The translations under genes were made by a program, and so were the position numbers. Positions 19,190 through 27,300 of a DNA stretch of 64,000 bases are shown here, piece after piece. Location of the stretch: the NCBI GenBank assembly GCA_963662235.1, contig OY759308.1:182109-246108 (forward strand), written 5' to 3'. How positions within the stretch are numbered: the stretch's first letter is position 1; every line of letters starts with the position of its first letter. The notes below the pieces were generated by a model, which saw only the letters and a list, made by a program, of their open reading frames with translations, searched no databases and had not been told where the DNA came from. The stretch comes from Desulfobacterales bacterium (lineage in GTDB: Bacteria > Desulfobacterota > Desulfobacteria > Desulfobacterales > G963662235).

Positions 19190-19313
19190 TCCCAAAAACT
19201 CGCTCCCAAGCTCCTGCTTGGGAGCGTATATCTTCTGATAATGTGCGTTTTTTGTCTTGTATGCGTTCCCACAAGCGGGAGCTTGGGAACGAAGTTGGTA
19301 GGGCAAAAATTTT
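19190..19313 (+). repeat. REP-like repeat A (two GC-rich hairpins), direct repeat of 20948-21063
   Basis: Contains CGCTCCCAAGC-tcct-GCTTGGGAGCG and CGTTCCCACAAGC-ggga-GCTTGGGAACG. By eye it is roughly nine-tenths identical to copy B, in the same orientation. Confidence 0.8.
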
Positions 19314-19381
19314 ACTCGTCAAGGCTTTCTATTTTTAAGCACCAAAAATTAAATATTCTTTGAAAAAAACACTCACTCGCT

Positions 19382-20755
19382 TTATTTTTTTTGTTTTTTT
19401 AAATAATCGCTCCACCATAAGCCTTTGTATCTATCATTACATTTTTTTACTTCATAATTTGGTTCAAATAGTTTTGGATTTATATTTTTTAATTTTTCTT
19501 TTAATTCGGGGGCTAAGTTCTTTACATTCCAAAGAGAAAAAACTTTTGATAACTGCTCTGCTGTTAAGTTTTTTGCATTTTTTAAATTTGCCTTGCGAAA
19601 TAATGCATTTTCAAGATGAGATCCCAAAAGGTCTGCTTTTTCAAGATGAGCACAACCAAGGTCTGCATTTTCAAGATGAGCTCCCTCAAGGTTTGCATTT
19701 TCAAGATGAGCTCCCTCAAGGTTTGCATTTTCAAGATGAGCTTCCCAACAAAGGTCTGCATTTTCAAGATGAGCTTCCCGAAGGTCTGCATTTTCAAGAT
19801 GAGCTTCCCGAAGGTCTGCATTTTCAAGATGAGCTTCCCGAAGGTCTGCTTTTTCAAGATGAGCACAACCAAGGTCTGCATTTTCAAGATAAGCGAACAA
19901 AAGGTTTGCATTTTCAAGATGAGCTTCCCAACAAAGGTCTGCATTTTCAAGATGAGCTTCCCAACAAAGGTCTGCATTTTCAAGATGAGCTTCCCAACAA
20001 AGGTCTGCATTTTCAAGATGAGCTTCCCGAAGGTCTGCATTTTCAAGATGAGCTTCCCGAAGGTCTGCATTTTCAAGATGAGCTCCTTTTAAATCAAATC
20101 CATAAAGTTCTCCTACCTCTTTCCCTTTTATTACTTTGGTTTTTTGTGCCCAATCTTCAACAAGTTGTTTTAGTTGTTCTACTGCAGGTTCATATCTTAT
20201 ATTTTTAATTGGCAAAAAAGAAATTATTATCGAAAAAGGATTCCATATAGAAGGTTCATAAGGACAAAGCATATTTTGGACATCGTCAATTCTTGAAAAA
20301 GCAATTTTCATATCTTTTGAAATTTGTGCATAAATTGCATTCATTCTATTTTCAATTTTATCTGCTCTATTTTCATATCTATTTGAAGCAATACCGAAAA
20401 GGGCAACATAAATACCAACTAACCATAAAAAAAAAGTTGCAGGACGGCGATAAGTTGGGAGTTTTTCATCTTCATTTAAAGGCGGTTTTATTTTAGTCCA
20501 AATATAACGAACACCACTAAAATCCCAAACCAACCACTTCCTGTTTTCCCTTACTTTAATAAATTTTATGAATAAAAAAGGAAGTTTAATTATAAACCTG
20601 ATGAATAAAATAAGATATTTAATTGCAAACCTGATGAATAAAAAAGGAAGTTTAATTATAAACCAGATGAATAAAAAAGGGAATTCAATTATAAACAATA
20701 AGGATAGAGCAATGTTCTTAATAAAATCCTTTACAATTGAAAGCACCTTGTTCAT
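19382..20755 (-). CDS. Membrane-anchored pentapeptide-repeat protein
   Basis: 457 aa. The N-terminus has 11-aa hydrophobic repeats (FIIKLPFLFIR x4). The C-terminal half has A(D/N)LxX pentapeptides arranged as AHLENADLRE units. Confidence 0.85.
   Translation of the reverse strand: MNKVLSIVKDFIKNIALSLLFIIEFPFLFIWFIIKLPFLFIRFAIKYLILFIRFIIKLPFLFIKFIKVRENRKWLVWDFSGVRYIWTKIKPPLNEDEKLPTYRRPATFFLWLVGIYVALFGIASNRYENRADKIENRMNAIYAQISKDMKIAFSRIDDVQNMLCPYEPSIWNPFSIIISFLPIKNIRYEPAVEQLKQLVEDWAQKTKVIKGKEVGELYGFDLKGAHLENADLREAHLENADLREAHLENADLCWEAHLENADLCWEAHLENADLCWEAHLENANLLFAYLENADLGCAHLEKADLREAHLENADLREAHLENADLREAHLENADLCWEAHLENANLEGAHLENANLEGAHLENADLGCAHLEKADLLGSHLENALFRKANLKNAKNLTAEQLSKVFSLWNVKNLAPELKEKLKNINPKLFEPNYEVKKCNDRYKGLWWSDYLKKQKK
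19600..20085. repeat. Near-perfect 30/33-nt tandem repeats encoding the pentapeptide-repeat region
   Basis: GGTCTGCATTTTCAAGATGAGCTTCCCGAA and a 33-nt variant (..CCCAACAAA..) are iterated about 15 times with very few substitutions. Confidence 0.9.
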
Positions 20756-20947
20756 TTTTTATTCCTTTTTTTATTGTTTTTTATAGCTTTCTGCTTTGTC
20801 TCTTCTTGCCACTTTTAAACCATCAAATCAACACACTCTTTTTTTAGTTTATTCGTTCAATTCAGCCTTTTTATCAATATAATCTTCCAAAAAATCCCAA
20901 TCTTGTAGAGGTTGTGATATAATAATTTCCCCAAATAAACCAAAAAA

Positions 20948-21063
20948 CCCAAAAAGCTCGCTCCCAAGCTCCTGCTTGGGAGCGTATATCTTCTGATAGT
21001 GTGCGTTTTTTGTTTTGTATGCGTTCCCAAGCAGGAGCTTGGGAACGAAGTTGGTAGGGACAA
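20948..21063 (+). repeat. REP-like repeat B (two GC-rich hairpins), direct repeat of 19190-19313
   Basis: Contains CGCTCCCAAGC-tcct-GCTTGGGAGCG and CGTTCCCAAGC-agga-GCTTGGGAACG. Confidence 0.8.
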
Positions 21064-21121
21064 GAACTTGAAAACAAAATTGGGAGAGGGCAAAAGCTTG
21101 GGAACGAAATTAATTATTTAT

Positions 21122-21586
21122 AATCGTAGGGGCGTATTGCCATACGCCCTCTCAACAATGCAATCACCATCAAAAACAATTGGTGCAATTGTTCGTGGAT
21201 TTTAATCTGCTGTAACAAAACAGATAAATCACTTGATACAAACACTTAGTCAAAAATTGTGGTAACGCAATTATTATGAGAGCTTTGCACATAGCTCTAT
21301 TTTGTAATATTTTTGTGGTGAAGTAGTATATTAATACGTCGAACCCAAAAATATTACAAAAGAGAGCGTCAGTCTTTATAGGGTTTTTAGGAGCTTTTGT
21401 GAAATTATCAAAAGTTGATATTTTATTAAAAACTACTATTTTTTCATAAAAAAACATTATGTGCAAAGCTCTCTATTATGAACATATCATACGCAATGAA
21501 AAAATGAGCATGGGCGTATAGCAATACGCCCCTACGAAAAAACAAATTGTACGGAAATGATTGAATATTACAGGAAGACCTTTAGG
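21122..21586 (+). pseudogene. Decayed RayT-type (REP-associated Y1) transposase C-terminal relic, copy 1, interrupted by a MITE
   Basis: Translates as VGAYCHTP...SPSKTIGAIVRGF*SAVTKQINHLIQTLSQKLW*RNYYE | MITE | HIIRNEK, with in-frame TAA stops. It is bounded by GGGCGTAT-tgcc-ATACGCCC-type hairpins. Confidence 0.7.
21278..21473 (+). mobile_element. MITE, subfamily 1, full copy (196 bp) with 6-bp TSD TATTAT
   Basis: GAGAGCTTTGCACATAGC...CATTATGTGCAAAGCTCTC is flanked by TATTAT at 21272-21277 and 21474-21479. The paralogous uninterrupted site at 47911-47926 reads GCAATTATTATGAACAT. Confidence 0.95.
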
Positions 21587-21960
21587 AAAGGACTCTTTTA
21601 TTGAAGCAATAAAATGTATTTTAAACCTAAGGCTTAAACCACAAAAACCCAAACCTAAAAGGAAAAATAAGTAAGGTGTCCCCAGAATTCTCAGAATGTC
21701 CCACACTTCAAAATAAGATACTTTAGTGTTGAGACCCTGATTCTCTTTCGCCTATCGTCGAGCCCTCTTAATCTTCCTTAAAAGGGAGAGACAAAAATTT
21801 CTTTAGTTTCAAAGCTATTAGGTTTTAATGTATAATTTTTTTCATTCTTTTATAAGTATGCACAAATCTACGCAGGCTATTGGTGACGCATTTCAACTTA
21901 GCATTCTTTTATTAAAAATCATATGCTTGACATTTAATGCATACCGTTATAGTTGTGACT

Positions 21961-22236
21961 ATGATAAAAAATTTTAAATGCAAGCATACACAAGCCCTTT
22001 ATGAAGGAAATAGCCCAAAGCAATTTAGAACTTTTCAGGCACAAGCAGAACGCAAGCTCCAAATGCTTGACAGTGCAGTCGAATTGCTTGATTTACTGTC
22101 TCCACCCGGTAATCGATTTGAAAAATTAGGAGGCGACAGACATGGGCAATACAGCATAAGAATCAATAAACAATGGCGTGTGTGCTTTTCGTGGTCTGAT
22201 GAACCATATAATGTGGAGATAACAGACTATCATTAG
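21961..22236 (+). CDS. higB: HigB-type toxin (RelE/ParE superfamily killer protein)
   Basis: MIKNFKCKHTQALYEGNSPKQF...PPGNRFEKLGGDRHGQYSIRINKQWRVCFSW...NVEITDYH is the typical HigB (COG3549) pattern. The ATG at 21961 is preferred. Confidence 0.85.
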   Translation: MIKNFKCKHTQALYEGNSPKQFRTFQAQAERKLQMLDSAVELLDLLSPPGNRFEKLGGDRHGQYSIRINKQWRVCFSWSDEPYNVEITDYH

Positions 22237-22244
22237 GAGAAACT

Positions 22245-22544
22245 ATGAATAATGTGCGAGCAATCCATCCAGGAGAAATAATCAAAGAAGAGTATTTAAA
22301 ACCATTAAATATGAGTGCTAATGCTTTGGCTATTGCTTTACGCGTGCCGGCACCTCGGATTAATGATGTGATAAGACAAAAGAGAGGAATTAGTGTTGAT
22401 ACTGCCCTTAGATTGGCCAGGTACTTCAACACCACCCCACAATTTTGGATGAATCTGCAAATAAGTTATGACATCAAAATGGCCAAACAAAATGTGCTAA
22501 AAATAGAAAATGAAATTATTCCTTTACAAGCTATAACTGCTTGA
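22245..22544 (+). CDS. higA: HigA-type antitoxin (XRE-family HTH)
   Basis: IHPGEIIKEEYLKPLNMSANALAIALRVPAPRINDVIRQKRGISVDTALRLARYFNTTPQFWMNLQ is canonical HigA/VapI. It starts 8 nt after higB. Confidence 0.9.
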   Translation: MNNVRAIHPGEIIKEEYLKPLNMSANALAIALRVPAPRINDVIRQKRGISVDTALRLARYFNTTPQFWMNLQISYDIKMAKQNVLKIENEIIPLQAITA

Positions 22545-22667
22545 AAATGCAAGAGAAAATATTTTGGAAGACACCTTACTTAATTATTGGCAAAAAGATT
22601 TATATTTCAAATTATGTATAATTTTTTTGATTTTACTATTAAATCTAAACTTACATTTTTTTAAACC

Positions 22668-24116
22668 TCATAAAGAGAGGTTTTTTTTTACAGTTCTTCT
22701 GTCTAATTGAGTAATTTTGCTGACTTCTTCTATTGTTTTATGGCTTTGATATAAAATTTTGCAATATCTTGAAAGAAGCTCTTTGGCGGTTAAATTCTCT
22801 TTTTTAATGGCACTGCAAAACTTTTCCATTTCTCCATAAGAATTTTCAAAATTATCTCCTTTATATTCCCCTTTAAGCAAAATTCTATGCACGCATTGTT
22901 CAAGCTCTTTGACATTTCCATTCCATAAATAAAATTGACCAAGTTGTTCCTTTATCTTTTTTTTTAAGCTTTTTGTAAGTTCTTTATTATATTCAACGCC
23001 AAGTTTAGAAAGGATTGAAATGAGAAGCTCGTCCAATTCTTTTGGTTCTTCTTTAATTCTTTCTCTTAATGGAGGGATTGTAATAATATCGGAACTTAGA
23101 CGAGATAAAAATTCGTCTCTAAAAATTGTGTTTTTTTTGTCTGTGAACAAGCTGTTTTCTGTTGAGGCAATTATTCTGCCCTTAAAATGCTCTTTTTTTC
23201 TACTGCCGACAGGCAAGAATAATCTGTCTTGCAGGAGACTAACAATTTTCATTTGGACGGAAAAAGGGAGCCTCTCAATTTCGTCTAAAAAGATTGCGCC
23301 ATATTGGCTACATTTTTGAAGTACCCCTTCATATTTTTCTTTTTTATTTTCATATCCGAAAATCTCTTTCTCGATATCTTGTGTAGAAAACTCTGATAGA
23401 CTTAAGGCTATGAAAAGCTCATTAAAATTAGCCTGAAATTTTTTTGTTTTTATATCAAATGGAATAAAAGATGAGCTTCCCACAATTCTTGCTGCAAGGC
23501 TTTTTCCTGTGCCTCTTTCGCCTAACATTAAAGTTGAAAAATCTTGCATTTTATTAAGAAGATATTTTTCATATAATTCTATGTCATATGTAAAAACGCT
23601 GTCCCATAAATTTCTTCTTAATTTTTTCATAACATTGCTACTGCCAATGAGTTCTTTGTATATGAAAAAAAATGCTCTTCTCATTTGAAAAAAAAGAGCA
23701 AAATATTTAACAGCATCAATTTTGATGAACCCTTGTTTTTCTAAAAGCCCAATAGCTTCATCGGCAAAATCAACTGTTAGGTTTGTATTGTCTCTAAATT
23801 GCTTATAAATTAATGCATCAAATTTTTTTCTAAACAAAGTGAAGGCTTGAAAAAGCAGGGCATATTTGACCAAAACTTGGTCTTCTTCATCTTCATATAG
23901 AGTGAAATTGCTCCTTTTTTCCTGCTCAAGTTTTACAACTATTTTTTCAATTTCGTATCTGGCGGTTTCTATTCTTTCTACTCTTTTTGCATTCTTAGAA
24001 AGCTTTGATATTTGGCATTCTGTTTCAACAAGTTCATCTGTAAAAGGGTTTGTAAGGCTTGCTTTTTTTACAAGTTTTAAAAATGCTTTTTCTCTTACGC
24101 TTAATTTTATTGCCAT
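22668..24116 (-). CDS. AAA+ transcriptional regulator related to bacterial enhancer-binding proteins but lacking the GAFTGA loop; C-terminal Fis-type HTH
   Basis: Walker A GERGTGKSLAA, Walker B GAIFLDEIERL, arginine-finger region RIIAST and PPLRER are present. FGYENKKEKYEG replaces FGHEKGAFTGA. The C-terminus has TIEEVSKITQLDRRTVKKNL. The ATG at 24116 is preferred because the ORF-track start lies in a MITE fragment. Confidence 0.7.
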   Translation of the reverse strand: MAIKLSVREKAFLKLVKKASLTNPFTDELVETECQISKLSKNAKRVERIETARYEIEKIVVKLEQEKRSNFTLYEDEEDQVLVKYALLFQAFTLFRKKFDALIYKQFRDNTNLTVDFADEAIGLLEKQGFIKIDAVKYFALFFQMRRAFFFIYKELIGSSNVMKKLRRNLWDSVFTYDIELYEKYLLNKMQDFSTLMLGERGTGKSLAARIVGSSSFIPFDIKTKKFQANFNELFIALSLSEFSTQDIEKEIFGYENKKEKYEGVLQKCSQYGAIFLDEIERLPFSVQMKIVSLLQDRLFLPVGSRKKEHFKGRIIASTENSLFTDKKNTIFRDEFLSRLSSDIITIPPLRERIKEEPKELDELLISILSKLGVEYNKELTKSLKKKIKEQLGQFYLWNGNVKELEQCVHRILLKGEYKGDNFENSYGEMEKFCSAIKKENLTAKELLSRYCKILYQSHKTIEEVSKITQLDRRTVKKNLSL

Positions 24117-24145
24117 AATTAGAAAGTTTCCTTGTTCACAAAATC

Positions 24146-24215
24146 GAGAGTTTTGCACAAACGCTAATTTTTTAAAAATTTTACGATAATTGAAACTTTG
24201 AATTTAAAAAATCAA
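24146..24215 (-). repeat. MITE subfamily-2 end fragment (End-B' only)
   Basis: GAGAGTTTTGCACAAACGCTAATTTTTTAAAAATTT...AACTTTGAA aligns with the reverse complement of the right end of the 42016-42211 copy (GAGACCTTTGAACAAACGCTAATTTTTAAAAAATTT...AACTTTGAA). Confidence 0.6.
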
Positions 24216-24314
24216 AGAATCATTTTTTTTAAAAAAACACTTAGATTTAAAGGCTTGTCCTCTTTTGCCCATTTTTCAAGTTCGAAGTATTAATATACAT
24301 CTTTACCCAGTCTA

Positions 24315-27300
24315 TCATAATTTTATAGAATATTTTTTGTCTATTTTGGAGATTTTAATCATTTCAAAATTGTCTATTTCAATAAATACATTACCTGACT
24401 TGTCGGTCAAAATAAGTTTGTAGGTGTTTGTGTTTTCATTATCAGACATTTTTTCAGTTATACAAAAATATTCTTCATTTTTTTTTGGATAGCTATAAAA
24501 TTTCATATTTGCAATTTTTAAGGGAAGAACTAACATATCGGTTTTTAAAAATTCAAATATTCCGCCTGTTTGGAACATTGCATCAACTATTACCACATTG
24601 CTTAAAAATTTTGGTTCTTTTTCATTCTTAAAAAACTCTTTATCCGATTTATCCATAATTTTACTGATTAAAAGTTTGCCGTCATAATGAGAAATTTCTT
24701 CTATTGTTTTAAAAAGCCCCTCCATAAAAAGGCGTTTTGGGTGGTAAATTAAAGATGCCAGATTATCATTAATTTGAAGTTTATTAAATTCAGGTAACGC
24801 TATTTTTTTAGAAGGAAGTTTATTGTTGTCAAAATAAAAAGAACCTTCATAGTGAAGTGTTTCGTTGAATATTTTTTTCTTTTGAAAAAACGAAGTTATT
24901 TTACACTTGCATAAATTATCGTTTAAAACTGCTTCAATCTCTATTTCTTTATCTTTTTCTTTTAAGATTTTAATGCCGTAAGGAATTGAAAAATCAGAGA
25001 CAGCAACAAGCTTTTTGTTTTTTGAATTTAAAAGATAGAAAGCTGCTTCTGCCATTGCCTCTATTCCTGTTGCTCCTAAAAAAATCGGGATATCATCTTT
25101 GCTGTGATCTTTTAGAAACAAGTCATAAGACAAAGAAAGCTTTCTTTTAAATTTTGCTTTGTTTTCATCTATAAAGCTTATTTTATCTAAAAATGGCATT
25201 AGTTTTTCTTGTGCAAGCAACCTGTTTATATCAAATTCATAATCTATCCCTGTAAAAACAGCTTCTATATTATCATCTAAAAGGTCGTCTAAAAAAAACT
25301 TTATTCCATCTTTTGGCTCTAAAAAACTTATTTTCTTTTCTTTGAGAACATATTCAACACTCGATTTTGTTGCCATTCCTATTTTGTTCCATGCTGTCCA
25401 GTCATAAATTTTATATTGTTTTGAAGGGTTTAATGAGGCTTCTTTTTGAACAATTTTACCAAGCATATCGTTTGCAGAAGTATAATCGGTTTGTCCTTCG
25501 TTTCCGAACTTTGCGGTTACAGAAGAAAAAGCGATGAAAAATCTATAATTAGCAAAACTCTTTAAAAGATTAAAAGCTCCCAAAATTTTGGTATCAAAAA
25601 CCTTCGAAAAAGAATCTAACTCTTTTTTTTCTATAAAATTACTCTCCTCTACTCCTGCCGCATGAATTATACCGTCTATGTTTTTTATATCGCTTGCAAA
25701 CTCATCTAACTGTTTTGCATCAATAACAGAAACAGGCTTGTAAATAGTGTCTATATTAAGGCTTCTTAACTCTTCTATATTTTTCTTAACTTCTCTTGCT
25801 CTTTTTATTTTTGCAGCTTGTCTGCTTGCTTCAACAGGTTTCATATTTGGGTTTTCTTGCATTACAAATGAGATAAGTTTGTCATCTTTTATGTTTTGCA
25901 ATTCTTTTTTTTCTTCTATATTACTTCTTCCCAGAATTATAAATTTTGTTTTATATTCTTTGCCAATGTTTTTTAATATCTCAAAGGTTATTCCACTTCC
26001 TCCTCCAGTTACTAAAATCGTATCATTTTGTTTTATAATATTTGTGTTTTCTTGGATTTTGCTTTCCTCAAGTTTTAATACAAATCTTTGTCCGTCTTTA
26101 TAAGCTACTTCAAGCTCATTTGTTTCTGTTTGAATTTCATTAATAAATAAATTGATTGTTTTTTCTACATTTGAGCTGTTTGCAAAATCTACCATTTTAC
26201 AAGAAGTGTTTTTAAATTCCTTATTAATGCTTTTAAGCATTCCGCTTATTCCAGCAAAAACAGGATTAATATCGATGTTTTTTTCAATATATGGAATAAC
26301 AACAGAGTTAAAAGCACAAGATGCTATGATGCCATCTTCTTTATTTATAGAATTTTGCAAAGTTTTGACGATGAGAAAAAAAGACTTTATTGCCTTTGAA
26401 AGCTTAATTGGATTTTGTGTTTTTTCAAAATAGTAATTGATGGGAGCAAAGTGTATAAAACCGTCTATATTGCTGTTTTTTATTTTTTGAAGTTCTTCTT
26501 GGATATTATTTTTATTTTCAAAAAGCTCAAAATTGTTTTTCCCTATTTCAATTATATTTGCATCTGTTTTCTTTGCAAACTCATCAGCAAAACCATAATT
26601 GTCAAAACTTACAAGCAATGTCTTATTCTTTAGTGTTTTTGTTTTGCCTTCTAATTTTTTTGTTACAGGCTTAATCAAAAATCTTTTTACATTCTTTTGC
26701 GTATCTGTTTGTGCTCTTTCATCTTCTTTTTGTTGTGTGTTGGCTATTTTCTCTTGTTTCTCTGAAGTCTCGTTTAAGATAAAATTGGTAAGTTTTTTTA
26801 TTGTGTTAAGTTCAACTAACTTTAAATCTTCTGGGACTTTAAAATTGAATTTTTCTGCAATTTCTCCAAAGATTTCAACTTGCTTAATTGAATCAATTCC
26901 CAAATCTGCTTCCATATCCAAATCATCTTCAAGCATATCAGTTTCATAGCCTGTTTGTTTTGCAATAATTTGCTTTATTGTTTCAATTTGATTTTCATCT
27001 GCTTTTAGAGTTGTTGTATCTTTTTTTTGCTCTACTTCTTTTGGTTCATTTGATGTTAGTGTTTGTGTTGATGAGGTTTTAGCTATTATAAAATCGGTTA
27101 GTTTTTTTATTGTGTTAAGTTCAACTAACTTTAAATCTTCTGGAACTTTAAAATTGAATTTTTCTGCAATTTCTCCAAAAATTTCAACTTGCTTAATTGA
27201 ATCAATTCCCAAATCTGCTTCCATATCCAAATCGTCTTCAAGCATATCAGTTTCATAACCTGTTTGCTTTGCAATAATTTGCTTTATTGTTTCAATTTGA

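Noticed and set aside
19104-19322. ORFs 19104..19322, 20857..21093, 20874..21077 and 20999..21205, with AWER/LGNE-type peptides.
   Set aside because: - They are translations of the REP-like GC-rich hairpins in either direction.
- There is no start context and they are mutually overlapping.
19582-20092. Regularly spaced ~22-nt repeats that at first glance resemble a CRISPR array. The ORF track also lists three long alternative-frame ORFs here (19360..20208, 19582..20076, 19616..20092).
   Set aside because: - The intervening segments are only 8-11 nt and are themselves repeated.
- The whole array is in frame with the 19382..20755 pentapeptide-repeat CDS.
- The other ORFs are frame shadows of the same repeats.
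21316-21345. tRNA-derived origin of the MITE, suggested by GGTTCGA (T-loop-like) on the opposite strand of the conserved loop.
   Set aside because: Only a 7-nt resemblance. No acceptor, D or anticodon arms can be drawn.
21927-21953. TTGACA ... TATAGT promoter for higBA.
   Set aside because: - The spacer is only 15 nt.
- It is possibly functional but not supportable.
- It overlaps the core-like GTTATAG, which I consider the more informative feature.
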